Source of the DNA: Octopus vulgaris
Lineage: Eukaryota
NCBI GenBank assembly: GCA_951406725.2
Contig: OX597825.1
Span: 45,942,001 to 46,006,000 of the forward strand
Reading direction: 5' to 3'
Length of the DNA: 64,000 bases
Below are positions 26,738-39,258 of this stretch, piece after piece. Every line of letters begins with the position of its first letter. Within the stretch, counting starts at the first letter, position 1. Both the position numbers and the translations under genes were made by a program. Below the pieces are notes generated by a model. The model worked only from the letters and a program-made list of their open reading frames with translations, ran no database searches and was not told where the DNA came from.

Positions 26738-27992
26738 TAGGGTGTGGACCGTATTTGAGGACGCATGTATTTTTAGTCATTATTTTATTTGACTAATTTT
26801 TATTGAACTTCTATTCCAGAAAATAACAATGACAGACCCTATACTTACTAATGAAATGAAGTGGCATGATGTGATTGTGGCTTTGAAGGCTAAGCATGGT
26901 GATTTAGAAATTTCTCGTTTTCTGGGAGTTGCTATATCTTTTGTCCACAAGATTGTGTGGGAGTTAGAGAAAGAAGATGGAAGTGTATTACCTGTTTCAA
27001 AATGTAAAACACATTCCAAACGCTCTGATTCTAACAGGACACCTGAATGTATTCAGGAAGTTAAGTAAAATATTGAAAACAATTCAGGAAAATCAAAGAG
27101 GTCAATTGCAAAAAAAAATTTGTGTGTCAGAGAAAAACAGTCTGAAATATTGTGCATGAAGACATCAAATACAAATCTTATGTGATGAGGAGAGGTCAAT
27201 TCATGTAAAAAAAAAAAACAACAAAAAAAAAAAACAAAGGAAAACTGTTTAATCAGATCCAAAAGACTTTTGAACAAACTTAAAAATCCATCAGAAGATG
27301 ACGTGATTTGGTTTTTCTCAGATGAGAAAAACTTTGACCAGGACCAGAAAACTAACAGAAGAAATGACAGATGGCTATGTACAGACTCTTTTGAGGTACC
27401 AAGTGTGATGCACACAAAATTTTCTGTAAGTGTTATGGTTTTGGGTGTTGTTAGCAATGAAGGACATATAATGCCTTCTCACAAAGCCTTAGGGTAAATT
27501 CTGCTGTGTATATTGAGGTTCTGGATAAAGTTGTTTAGCCTTGGATCAACAGTGTATGCTAAGGATGACCTTATGTCTTTCAACAAGATTCTGCACCATC
27601 ACACAAGGCTAAAATGGTGGCTGACAATTTGCATGATTGCATCACTCCCAATATTAGGCCTCCTAATTCCCCAGATCTCAATTTGCTGGGCTACTATATA
27701 TGGAGCATCATTAAGAAAAATGTCAATGAACATCTCCATAGCACCAAAGATTCTTTGAAAGCCAACATAGTTCAAGTCATATCCAATATTAACAATCTGA
27801 GCTTGTAAACGATTTCGAACCTGTGTAGAGGTAGTTATTGATGCTTATGGTAGTTTTATTGAATAAAATTATTAACTTGATTATTTAGCTTTATGTTTAT
27901 GTTATTTTCATAAAAATACACTTTTTTTCTGTTATTATATAAGCATTTTTTTAAAACCATAAGATCTGTCCTCAAATACTTTCTGCACCCTG
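26738..27992 (+). mobile_element. Tc1/mariner-superfamily transposon (maT/DD37D-like), decayed
   Basis: Imperfect TIRs (t/c)agggtg..gtatttgaggac / gtcctcaaatac..caccctg flanked by TA; FFSDEKNF, QQDSAPSH, PPNSPDLN. Confidence 0.85.
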
Positions 27993-28024
<32 letters not shown>

Positions 28025-28236
28025 TGTATGTATGTATGTATGTATGTATGTATGTATGTATATATATGAATGTTTAAGTAGTTGAATGAATTATCCTAGT
28101 ATGGATAATTCGGTTAACCGATACCTGGGTAGCAAATTTACGTCAGAAAGCACGGTTGAAGCTACATGCCAAGGGCAGAAGTCACGTGTCGAGAATAAAG
28201 GAATTTTGTTAAATCGTCATTCGACTCCATTCTTTC

Positions 28237-28278
<42 letters not shown>

Positions 28279-28294
28279 TCTCTCTCTCTTTTTT

Positions 28295-28491
28295 TACTCT
28301 TTTTACTTGTTTCAGTCATTTGACTGCGGCCATGCTGGAGCACCGCCTTTAGTCGAGCAAATCGACCTCGAGACTTATTCTTTGTAAGCCCAGTACTTAT
28401 TCTATCGGTCTCTTTTGCCGAAGTGCTAAGTGACGGGGACGTAAACACACCAGCATCAAGCAATGCTAGTTGGACAAACACAGACACACAA

Positions 28492-28524
<33 letters not shown>

Positions 28525-28665
28525 CATATATACGACAGGCTTCTTTTACAAGGCATTGGTCGGCCTGGGGCTATAGCAGAAGACACTTGCCCAAGATGCC
28601 ACGCAGTGGGACTGAACCCGGAACCATGTGGTTGGTTAGCAAGCTACTTACCACACAGCCACTCC
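28295..28665 (-). mobile_element. SINE-type repeats flanked by microsatellites
   Basis: tRNA-like head on the minus strand (gtggctgtgtggtaagtagctt...ggttcagtccc) and tail gactgaaacaagtaaaa; related to 33345-33706. Confidence 0.65.
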
Positions 28666-28667
28666 TA

Positions 28668-28699
<32 letters not shown>

Positions 28700-29289
28700 C
28701 ATATATATATATATACATATATATATAAATGGATGAATGAATATTATCATGGATATATATCATGGATATATTTCAATATAATATATTATAATATATTATT
28801 TGTTTACCGTTAACTTGGAAAATTCAATAAACAGTTACCAGAGTAGCAAAATTCACGCAAGTAACATGGATGGAGCGACCTATTCAAAGGTAGAAACTCC
28901 GGGTTAATGTGCAGTAATTTGTGTGGTATAAGTAAATAAATGGAGTTGAACAAAGATGTTATTAAAATTCTTTTACTTTCAACGTATGTTTCGAAGAAAA
29001 CATTGGTTTTATTCCAAAGGAATAAATGGTGTAAAATGCAATCTTCTCATCAGGAAAGAAAGAGAGCCTATCTCAACAACAAGACATTATAACAAATGCG
29101 ATGACTGCCTAAATGATAAACAGAACGTTATTAAATATTTTAAAAAAACGTTAGTAGATTTGACGTCAAAGGTAGATACTAGAAAGAGAAGGGTTAAAGA
29201 AATAATAAGTAGAGAACAAATAAAGAGGGATACGTTGGTTGAAAAAAATGTTCAAAGGCTTAGAAGTAGATTTCTCTATTGAAGTGAAG

Positions 29290-30065
29290 TGCAAGTTAAT
29301 CTAACTGTTGAAACTATAAAGACTGGCGAAATCACTTATATGAGCTAAAGGTATGTTTCTGCCAGTGTTTACATTTGTAAGATCGCTCTATAAGTGTGTT
29401 AACAAGGTGATCCTTAGAGAAGAGAATATGGAAGAGTTCAGAGTTGCAAATGTTACAAAATCCCTTACCCTTATTGTAAGGAAAAGATATGGACAGGATG
29501 AACCAATCTAACTTAAAATCTTTATTGTTGTCTTTAAGATGCCAAACCAATTTACTTAGCCATGTGCTATGGCTTTTACTGCTATCCCTAAATGATGAAT
29601 AATGATTGGAAATTCTCTTAGATAACTGGAAGAGGATGCGCCTATGTAGAAGTAGACATCGGTACCGCAAGAAATTTTACACTGGTATATAGAATTCTTG
29701 ATCTTAGAATTATTAGACATAAATTTAATTCTGTTGGGGTTGACCTCATCGTATTTGTTATAATGTCTTGTTGTTGAGATAGACTCTCTTTCTTTCCTTT
29801 TACTTTCAACGTATGTTTCGAAGAAAACATTGGTTTTATTCCAAAGGAATAAATGGTGTAAAATGCAATCTTCTCTAGGGGAGTTTTAGAAAAAATGAAA
29901 AATAGTTCAGAATTACAGAGAAGACAGAATTCCTTGCCTTTGTCATAAGGTATCAAGATTGAGAGAATCAACTAATCTAAATTTAACTGTTTATTGTGGT
30001 CTTTTAGATCCCAAATTAATTTACTGAGTCCTGTACTGTTATGTTTATTCCTATCCCTAAATGTC
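29290..30065 (-). mobile_element. Two Penelope-like GIY-YIG endonuclease 3' fragments (Naiad-like)
   Basis: RISNHYSSF...STWLSKLVWHLK...W.I...PYNKGKGFCNICNSE; a second fragment reads PYDKGKEFCLLCNSE. Confidence 0.75.
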
Positions 30066-30406
30066 TCCGTATTGTACTGAAAGCCTTTGATGAATTTCAG
30101 CTTCTGACACACTTTTCAATCAGAGAAATTGGATCACTGCTCTTTGTTCTTCTTTGATACACGTTGCTATTTGAGTGACTGTGCTTGCATTGTGGGGCCA
30201 GAGGGGAAAGTGGTGCAATGAGGCTAGGACTTAGATTACGTGACCACAGTGGTACCAGCTATAGGCACACATGTGCAGAGGCCATCTAAATTTCGATTCC
30301 CTTATCGTTATTGACAAATATACAAATATAAAAAAAAACACACAAAAAATACATAAATATAAACATGCATGTGTGTGTGTGTGTGTACACATATATATAC
30401 ATACAT

Positions 30407-30549
<143 letters not shown>

Positions 30550-30550
30550 T

Positions 30551-31179
30551 ACGAGGAGGTACCCAAAAGTAACTGGAAACATTCTCTGTGGGACAAGCCC
30601 ATTGTAGTTCACACTTCTGCCACTAGAAGCCACTTGATGCGACTCTCAGGCATCAGTTTGCCAACAGGCAGTATCGAGTGAAGTCGTACTGCCATCTCTC
30701 CTGTTTGTTGATTTTTGGGATGGTTGAAACAAAGGAACAACGTCCTTCTGTAAGATTCTGTTTTCTGCTTGGGAAAACGGTGGCTGAAACAGTTGTCATA
30801 CTTCAAACAGCAAAACACAAGTTTGAGTGGTTTTAATGCTTTAGGAATGGTCACTTATCCCTTGAAAACCAACCTCGTTCAAGTGGTTGTTGAATGAAAT
30901 GAAAGAAAACATCATGGAAATTCATGAACTGATCTTGGAGGACCATCGCCGAACAATTGATGAACTTGTTGATAGGACTGGTGTATCCTGGAGCTTCTGC
31001 CAACGAATTTTCAGCAAGGAATTGCAAATGAAAAGAATTGCAGTGAAATTTGTGCTTTGCTTGCTCATGAAAGATTAAAGCAGTCATGACCAAATGCGTG
31101 CTGTGAACTGGAAAAACAGTTGAAAGTAGATCCAAACCTTTTTATGAAGGTCATCTCTGGTGACAAAAGCTGGTGCTAT
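30551..31179 (+). mobile_element. Mariner 5' half, truncated by the tRNA/HHR repeat
   Basis: TA-cgaggaggtacccaaaag TIR; HTH region (RRTIDELV..GVSW) up to VISGDKSWCY. Confidence 0.8.
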
Positions 31180-31284
31180 GCCCATGGGCATATGACATAG
31201 TGGTTAAGAGCACTGGATACTAACCCCAAGATTCTGAGTTTGATTCCAGGCAGTGACCTTAATAATAATAATAGTAATTATAAC

Positions 31285-31334
<50 letters not shown>

Positions 31335-31524
31335 CAACAACAACATCGAAAAATACCTTAGGAATGAGAACCCAGGTTTGAAATTTCCTCAAGACACCTG
31401 ATGAAGGCTGGAGGGTTTATCAGCCGAAACGTGTTAAAAACAAACAAGATGAGGACAAATACCCATCAAATATAGATAATGTAAATAATGTACATAATTC
31501 CTCATCTCTTAAATATAGAACTAC
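31180..31524 (+). mobile_element. Solo tRNA-head/(AAT)n/hammerhead repeat
   Basis: tRNA-like head 31180-31258; CTGATGA 31398, stem ggctg/cagcc, GAAA 31426. Confidence 0.85.
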
Positions 31525-31728
31525 AGCTAATTAGATGTTTAGTAACGATATACTAAAATTACAATAATGTTGGTCAGTTATAACTGCCTCTCCTCAAAAA
31601 GTCCTATTTCTCTTCAACTGAATGAAATTAAGCAACACTGAGTCAAGTTAAAACCTAGGCAGCTGATAACTCTGTAAACTCTGATTCTCAAGCTCAAAGT
31701 CTGAAGCTATCAAAATAAAATAAAATTA

Positions 31729-33320
31729 TATTAGACAGATATGTGTCCACATCTTGTTTATTGTTACCACAATGTTTCAGCTGATTTACTCTTCAGCCTT
31801 CATCAGGTGTCCTAGTCGGATTTTGAACCCAACCCTGAGTTCTCATTCCTAAGGTATTTTTTGGCTGATGTTATTATCATTATTATTATTTATTCAAAGC
31901 ACTGCCTGGAATTGAACTTGCAATCTTGGGATTAGTAGCCCGTGCTCTTAACCATTACACGATATGCCTGTGGGCAATTAAAAAGTGAATTTTTGGGCTT
32001 ATAAACCAAATATTATTGTATCCTTCCTTAGTACCAGTTCCCATATTATACTCATATCTGCACTAGGTCTGCTTAGAAGGTTATTGTGTTCTAGCATATG
32101 TGCTGCCCCTTTTAGTTTTTGTATTTTCAAGGGATGTTCTCTGTCTATTACTTTAACTTCATCCCACAGGGGAAAGTGGTCTCCACTTTTCCATTCATGA
32201 TCAGCTATACCCGATTTTTCAACAGCTCCTCATGTCACAGCTTTATGATGTTCCTCTACCCTTATTTCACCTTTGTATAACTTACCACAACTGCATGGGA
32301 TGGAGTACATGCAGTCTTTGGTCATATTCTCTTCTATTGGTGGTTTTACTTGAAGGAGATATTTACAAAGTGTTGTATTACTCTTGAATACCATCCTGAT
32401 GTCATGTGGACCACATATCTTTTGTATTTTTACCAAGAGGCCTTTCACATAGGGTAGATAGACTGTGGTCAGTTTAAAGATTTCATCCTCTCTCATCTTC
32501 CTAATTGGAGTAGATTGTACGTTTTTTGGGTAGTTGTTGATTAATAGATTGTTACTTAGCTTGATCATTTCTTCATAGTATGTATCAGGATCACTACTTA
32601 TATTCTTTGCTCAATGTTTTAGGCACTGAGCAATCTCTCTCTTTATACTGTATGAATGGTGGGAATTGAAGTTGTGGTATTGTCCAGTGAAGGTTGGCTT
32701 GTGGTATACAGATGTCCTGAACCCATGCTTAGTGCATGTTATTAATACATCCAGGAATGATAGCAGATTACCTTTTTCTTTTCCATTTTGAACTGTATGG
32801 ATGGCTTTATTGAGTTCACATGATCTAGCAGTACTTGGATATCTTCCTAGTGGGGCCAGAGTATAAAGGTGTCATCAATGTATTGAAGCCATTGGGTTGG
32901 CATTAGTGTTGTTGATCCTAAAGCCAAATTCTCAAAGTATTCTATGTATATATTAACTATTATTGGTGATAATGGCAAACCCATAGCTAAAGCCTCATCC
33001 TGTCGATATATCTAAAATTCGCTCTATAATTGCTCATGGGCATATAGCGTAATGGTCAAGAGCATGGGCTACTAACCCCAAGATTGTGAGTTCAATTCCT
33101 GGCAGTGTCTTAAATAAATAATAATAATATCATCAGCAAAAATACCTTAGGAATGAGAACCCAGAGTTGGGTTCAAAATCATACCAGGATACCTGATGAA
33201 GGCTAGAGAGTAAATCAGCTGAAACATGGTAACAACAAACAAGATGAGGACACATATCCGTTTAATGTAAATAATGTAAATAATGTACAGAATTCCTCAT
33301 CTCAAAAATACAGAACTGTA
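31729..33320 (-). mobile_element. 5'-truncated Penelope-like element (RT + GIY-YIG) with 3' terminal repeat (31729-31980) and an inverted terminal repeat (33028-33320)
   Basis: Minus-strand LAMGLPLSP, YIDDTF, FLDVLI, YLPYVKGL, MYSIPCSCGKLYKGE, SGIADH; frame ends at ~31999; flanking inverted repeats. Confidence 0.9.
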
Positions 33321-33344
33321 TTAAAATAAAATTACATAAATAGG

Positions 33345-33706
33345 CATAAACATGGCTGTGTGGTTAAAACTTTGCTTCCCAACTACATGGTTCCAGATTC
33401 AATCCTACTGTGTGGCACCTTGGGCAATGGATTTTGGTAGACGGAAACTAAAAGAAGCCTGTTGTATGTATGTATGTATGTATGTATGTATGTAGGTATG
33501 TGTGTGTGTATATATATATATTTATATGGGTGTGTATCTTTGTGTCTGTGTTTGTCCCCACCACTGCTTGACAACTGGTGTTGGTGTGTTTACATCCCTG
33601 TAACTTAGCCACTCAGCAAAAGAGACCAATAGTAATAGGCTTAATAAAAATTCTTCAAGGTAGTGCTCCAGAATGGCCACAGTCTAATGACTGAAACAAG
33701 TAAAAA
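33345..33706 (+). mobile_element. SINE with internal microsatellite
   Basis: tRNA-like head (tggctgtgtggttaa...gattcaatcc) and tail gactgaaacaagtaaaa. Confidence 0.65.
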
Positions 33707-33894
33707 ACATACACACACACAAATTACTGCTGATTAACCTAGGACCAAAGGGCAAATGCATGATTACATACTTAATGACAGATTACTAAAAGAATCAAAT
33801 TTTTATTCTTGTTCATATAAGTAATGGATTAGCTTTGGTTGGTTTGTTTTAAAATGTAATACGCCCATTTGTCTGTGTATATGTGTGTATGCAG

Positions 33895-33959
<65 letters not shown>

Positions 33960-34169
33960 AAATAGTAGTTAGTACAAAATAATTGGGTATTATTCGACTA
34001 GTTTCTAGTGTTACAATTTTGTCAGAAATAGTGCAAGATTTTTCATTAAAAAGCATTGCTTGTACCAACAATCAGATTAGCAAGGATACAAATTGTAATT
34101 GATGCCAACAAAAGGAGAATAAACACTGAAAATTAAAATTTTATAAAATATAATCCTTTGAAGAGATAA

Positions 34170-35105
34170 ATAAAAATAAAGTGGACTTAGTCAGTGTAAA
34201 ATCCCAGAAAACCTTGGGATCCCACTTTCTACAGTTAATAGGGTTATTGTGCAATTCTCCAGAGAGGGGAAGGAGTCTATATCACCTTGCTCAGGTTAAC
34301 CAGGGACCTCTGACAGGACTCTTTGCCTTGTTAAGTGAAGTGTAGAGGATAATCCTCATTGCAAAGCCTCTGATATAACATAACAAGTTGATGTCAGTCC
34401 CAGAACAGCTGTCAGGTATCTCCACAAACTTGGTTACTATGGCAGAGCAGCAAGAAGGAAGCCACTTCTTTAACCAGCCATTATCAAGTGGACAAAAGGT
34501 TAATCCAGTGGGATGATGGAGTAGCCACTCGCATTTTGGGACACTGTCATATTCTCTGATGAGTCCAGATTTGCTGCATTTTCTGACAGTGGTTGATTGT
34601 GGGTCTGGAGACTCTGTGATCAAGAATTTGACATGAAAAGATTGCTGCCAGCAATGAAACAAGACAGATATTCTGTGGTTGTCTGGGGAGCAATTTGGAG
34701 CAATGGTCAATCAGAGCTGGTCGAGTGTGATGGAAACATAAACTCAGATAAATATGTGTCCATATTGCAGAAAGGACTCCCTTCTCCAATGGTGAAATGA
34801 TTAAAGAGAACTCTTTATTTATGTATTCCTTGTCATACGGCTAAAATGATCAAAGATTAGTTGGAAAAGAATGGCATTAAAAAACTTCCATGACCAAGCC
34901 AGTCACCAGATATCAACCCTATTGAACGCCTCTGGGGTTTAATGGACAGGACACTTCATAAAAAGAACAAGAAAGGATCCCCAAAGTCGGATCTTTTGAG
35001 ATTACTGCATGAAACTTGACAAGAGAATATTTGTCATCTGATCAGCAGCATGCCTTATAGGATCCTTGTATTGAAAAACACAAAGGGCATGTCTACTAAA
35101 TATTA
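34170..35105 (+). mobile_element. Tc1 transposase remnant
   Basis: VIFSDESRF, VVVWGAI, P*PSQSPDINPIERLW. Confidence 0.8.
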
Positions 35106-35196
35106 TTCACATTATAATAATTAATAAATAATTTGAATGTATAATTTCAGATTTAAATAAATTTTAATGATTATAAGGGTGTCATGTCTGTATGTA

Positions 35197-35331
<135 letters not shown>

Positions 35332-36321
35332 CGGGAAGGTTTACGAAAATAAACAAAAGACAAAGGCAGGTGGAGTACAAACAAACAAATGTATTAGTAT
35401 GGCGCTCAGGAATAGAAATAGAACGAGTCTATATATATATATATAGCTATTTTGAGCATACAGATACCTCATAAAAGAGATGTTAACATCCTGTCTAATC
35501 TTATATATTGATGTAAAAGTTCAAGAGTCTAGTATATCTTAATAGCATTAGTGTTTATATTACGGAGTTTAATGATTATTACACGTCAATATATGGATAT
35601 ATTTCAATATAATATATTATAATATAAGGAGAAAATGGAGAGTTTCAACTGATAAAATTCAATTTATTTACATATCGTCAAAATTCTTTGTAACCTGCTA
35701 TTTGTTTCCATACTTAACTCATTCAATTACAAATCAATAAAGTGAAAATTAGAAATTACATCTTGAAATATCGAGTTAAATATTTCTTCAGAGTAAGAAT
35801 TAGACACATATAAAAATTACATCATAAACAAATGGTTGATGGTCGACAGACCCAACATGATAATAATGTTTGTGTATGCGAGTGCATGTTAAATTTATTT
35901 GTGTGTGTGTGCACATTAAATTTATTTGTGTGCTTTAAGAATTAAAAACGTCATTGCCTGTGTATCATCCTTTATTATATTTTGTGTGTATATGTACATT
36001 AATAAATATATTAATGTGATCATGTGATACACCCGAAAACTCCAAACTTACTGCAGTTAAAATATTTGTATTCCACATCATCAAAATATGTGTTGCATAC
36101 ATTTCTATCATTAGACAAAATAATGAAAGTCAATATTCGGGAAAATATATTACTATTATTAAAACAATTACTATTACACAATCATATCTAATAATTAAAT
36201 ATTTTATTATTTATTTCATTCCACATAACCTAATGCAATTTTATTATAATTGTACTTTATAAAACATATTTATATCTATTAATATATCCTATTTATATTT
36301 TATCCATGTTTACATTTTATT

Positions 36322-36800
36322 TTATTTGTAGTTTTTAAATTCAAATTTATGTGAATGCGTACATGCTAAACTGCATTTGTGTTTACACTTAAGTTTGTAT
36401 TTAGATTTTAAAATTTGGAAGATATCTTCAATACAAAGATTACAATGGGTGTCTTCCACATTATAGGGCCTGGCATGGCTGATAATTACCCACTTGAGGT
36501 TAAAGTCCTTATTTAATTCCCAAATAAATTTACAAAGACTGGTGCAGTTCGATTTACTTTTGTTTTTAAAAATGTTTTCATGGTTGGCAATTTTACACTT
36601 CATAAAATTTGCCATGGATCCAATGTAATAGTAATTTAGTCCATCAGTCTCTATCCTGCATCTATACACGACATCCTTCTGTCTACAAAAATTAAGTTTA
36701 CATTTATCTTTAAATTTACAATCACAACAAGTATTTTTATCCTTCTCTATAAATCTGTGGTCAATACTAATCTTATCCATAGCGTTAGTTTTTCATGCTT
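36322..36800 (-). mobile_element. Penelope-like (Naiad-like) GIY-YIG domain
   Basis: CDC..C...C..KDVVY...YYIG...NH...TSLCKFIWEL...W.I...PYN....CNLCIED. Confidence 0.8.
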
Positions 36801-37515
36801 AAAATGGGAGATACGTTGGTTACCTCCCTTTCTGCACAGTGAGATCTAATTTCCCATTCATTAGAATTTGGAATATTTTAGTTGTTATCTGATATATTGT
36901 CATTGTGTTTATTTCTACTGATACAGAAACTGCTTAATTTTTTGTTGTTTAGTGAAAAAACAATTTGAGAAACACTAAGAGAGACTGAGGAACCAAATTC
37001 AACTAATTCTGGGATATGCCATTTAGCTTTATGGTTTCACATCCACAAAGGGCTTAGCCCTGTGGATATCTCATCAGACTCTAAAGCTGAAGTTACATTT
37101 GTCTTCAGCTTTAAAGTCTGACAAGATGTCCATGGCTAAACCAGTTGTGGATGCGAAACCAGTTATCACATTATCAACGGACATAGACTTAACTATATAT
37201 GAATAAAATATATATATATATATATATTAATTAATAAGGGTGAGAGAATTAGATACTAATTTAATAGTATATCTATTCAACACCAAGTGGCCTAGTGCTA
37301 CGAGAAACCTGGATTATTATAATATTTTATAACATATTATAATATTTTTACAAAATAAATATAAGAGAGTGGTCACTATATGGCTCACTCTAGCACCAGT
37401 TAATCCAAAAGGTTTCAACCACGAAAATACATGTTTCCCATGAATAGATATACTATTAAATTAGTATTTAGCTCACACGGACAGGGCAAATAAAAAATAA
37501 CAAAAATACAGATTA

Positions 37516-37589
37516 TTTTGGGACAATTGTTTCGCTATTAATGAATTAAATGTAATTTTACTTACAAAAAAATCCCTCGTCAGCCAAAA
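37516..37589 (-). ncRNA. Hammerhead copy with stem II disrupted (array unit 1)
   Basis: An 8-nt deletion (atttgtag) removes most of the gcta strand. Confidence 0.7.
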
Positions 37590-38042
37590 CTATCTGGATG
37601 AAATCCACTCAATCACACGCCAGATTTTACCATAACGATAAATACGCGTGTGGTTCAATTGATTACATCCGACGTTATAATTCAAATGCCCCAACTAACA
37701 GCGCGCCAAACTTTCACGGAAAACAAATACAGCATTTAGAAATAAATGCAGCATAATTATAATTAATTAATAAGGGTGAGAGAATTAGATACTAATTTAA
37801 TAGTATATCTATTCAACACCAAGTGGCCTAGTGCTACGAGAAACCTGGATTATTATAATATTTTATAACATATTATAATATTTTTACAAAATAAATATAA
37901 GAGAGTGGTCACTATATGGCTCACTCTAGCACCAGTTAATCCAAAAGGTTTCAACCACGAAAATACATGTTTCCCATGAAAGTCAGTACGATTGTTAGCT
38001 CACACGGACAGGGCAAATAAAAAATAACAAAAATACAGATTA

Positions 38043-38124
38043 TTTTGGGACAATTGTTTCGCTATTAATGAATTAAATGTAATTTTACTTACAAAAAAAT
38101 CCATTTGTAGCTCGTCAGCCAAAA
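38043..38124 (-). ncRNA. Type I hammerhead ribozyme, intact core (array unit 2)
   Basis: Reverse complement of the 39176 motif. Confidence 0.85.
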
Positions 38125-38578
38125 CTATCTGGATGAAATCCACTCAATCACACGCCAGATTTTACCATAACGATAAATACGCGTGTGGTTCAATTGATTA
38201 CATCCGACGTTATAATTCAAATGCCCCAACTAACAGCGCGCCAAACTTTCACGGAAAACAAATACAGCATTTAGAAATAAATGCAGCATAATTATAATTA
38301 ATTAATAAGGGTGAGAGAATTAGATACTAATTTAATAGTATATCTATTCAACACCAAGTGGCCTAGTGCTACGAGAAACCTGGATTATTATAATATTTTA
38401 TAACATATTATAATATTTTTTACAAAATAAATATAAGAGAGTGGTCACTATATGGCTCACTCTAGCACCAGTTAATCCAAAAGGTTTCAACCACGAAAAT
38501 ACATGTTTCCCATGAAAGTCAGTACGATTGTTAGCTCACACGGACAGGGCAAATAAAAAATAACAAAAATACAGATTA

Positions 38579-38659
38579 TTTTGGGACAATTGTTTCGCTA
38601 TTAATGAATTAAATGTAATTTTACTTACAAAAAATCCATTTGTAGCTCGTCAGCCAAAA
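38579..38659 (-). ncRNA. Type I hammerhead ribozyme, intact core (array unit 3)
   Basis: Reverse complement of the 39176 motif. Confidence 0.85.
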
Positions 38660-39175
38660 CTATCTGGATGAAATCCACTCAATCACACGCCAGATTTTAC
38701 CATAACGATAAATACGCGTGTGGTTCAATTATATATTAATTAATAAGGGTGAGAGAATTAGATACTAATTTAATAGTATATACTATTCAACACCAAGTGG
38801 CCTAGTGCTACGAGAAACCTGGATTATTATAATATTTTATAACATATTATAATATTTTTACAAAATAAATATAAGAGAGTGGTCACTATATGGTTTCTCG
38901 TAGCACCAGTTAATCCAAAGGTTTCAACCACGAAAATACATGTTTCCCATGAATAGATATACTATTAAATTAGTATCTAATTCTCTCACCCTTATTAATT
39001 AATTATAATTATGCTGCATTTATTTCTAAATGCTGTATTTGTTTTCCGTGAAAGTTTGGCGCGCTGTTAGTTGGGGCATTTGAATTATAACGTCGGATGT
39101 AATCAATTGAACCACACGCGTATTTATCGTTATGGTAAAATCTGGCGTGTGATTGAGTGGATTTCATCCAGATAG

Positions 39176-39258
39176 TTTTGGCTGACGAGCTACAAATGGA
39201 TTTTTTTTGTAAGTAAAATTACATTTAATTCATTAATAGCGAAACAATTGTCCCAAAA
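39176..39258 (+). ncRNA. Type I hammerhead ribozyme, intact core
   Basis: ttttgg-CTGACGA-gcta...tagc-GAAA-caattg-TC-ccaaaa; predicted GUC cleavage after 39252. Confidence 0.88.

Noticed and set aside
28956-29282. 108-aa basic ORF
   Set aside because: Starts inside a duplicated PLE-associated segment, has no motif and is flanked by PLE debris.
33032-33107. Functional tRNA gene with ACT anticodon
   Set aside because: Acceptor and T stems pair poorly, copies diverge freely, and it is always attached to the same repeat body.
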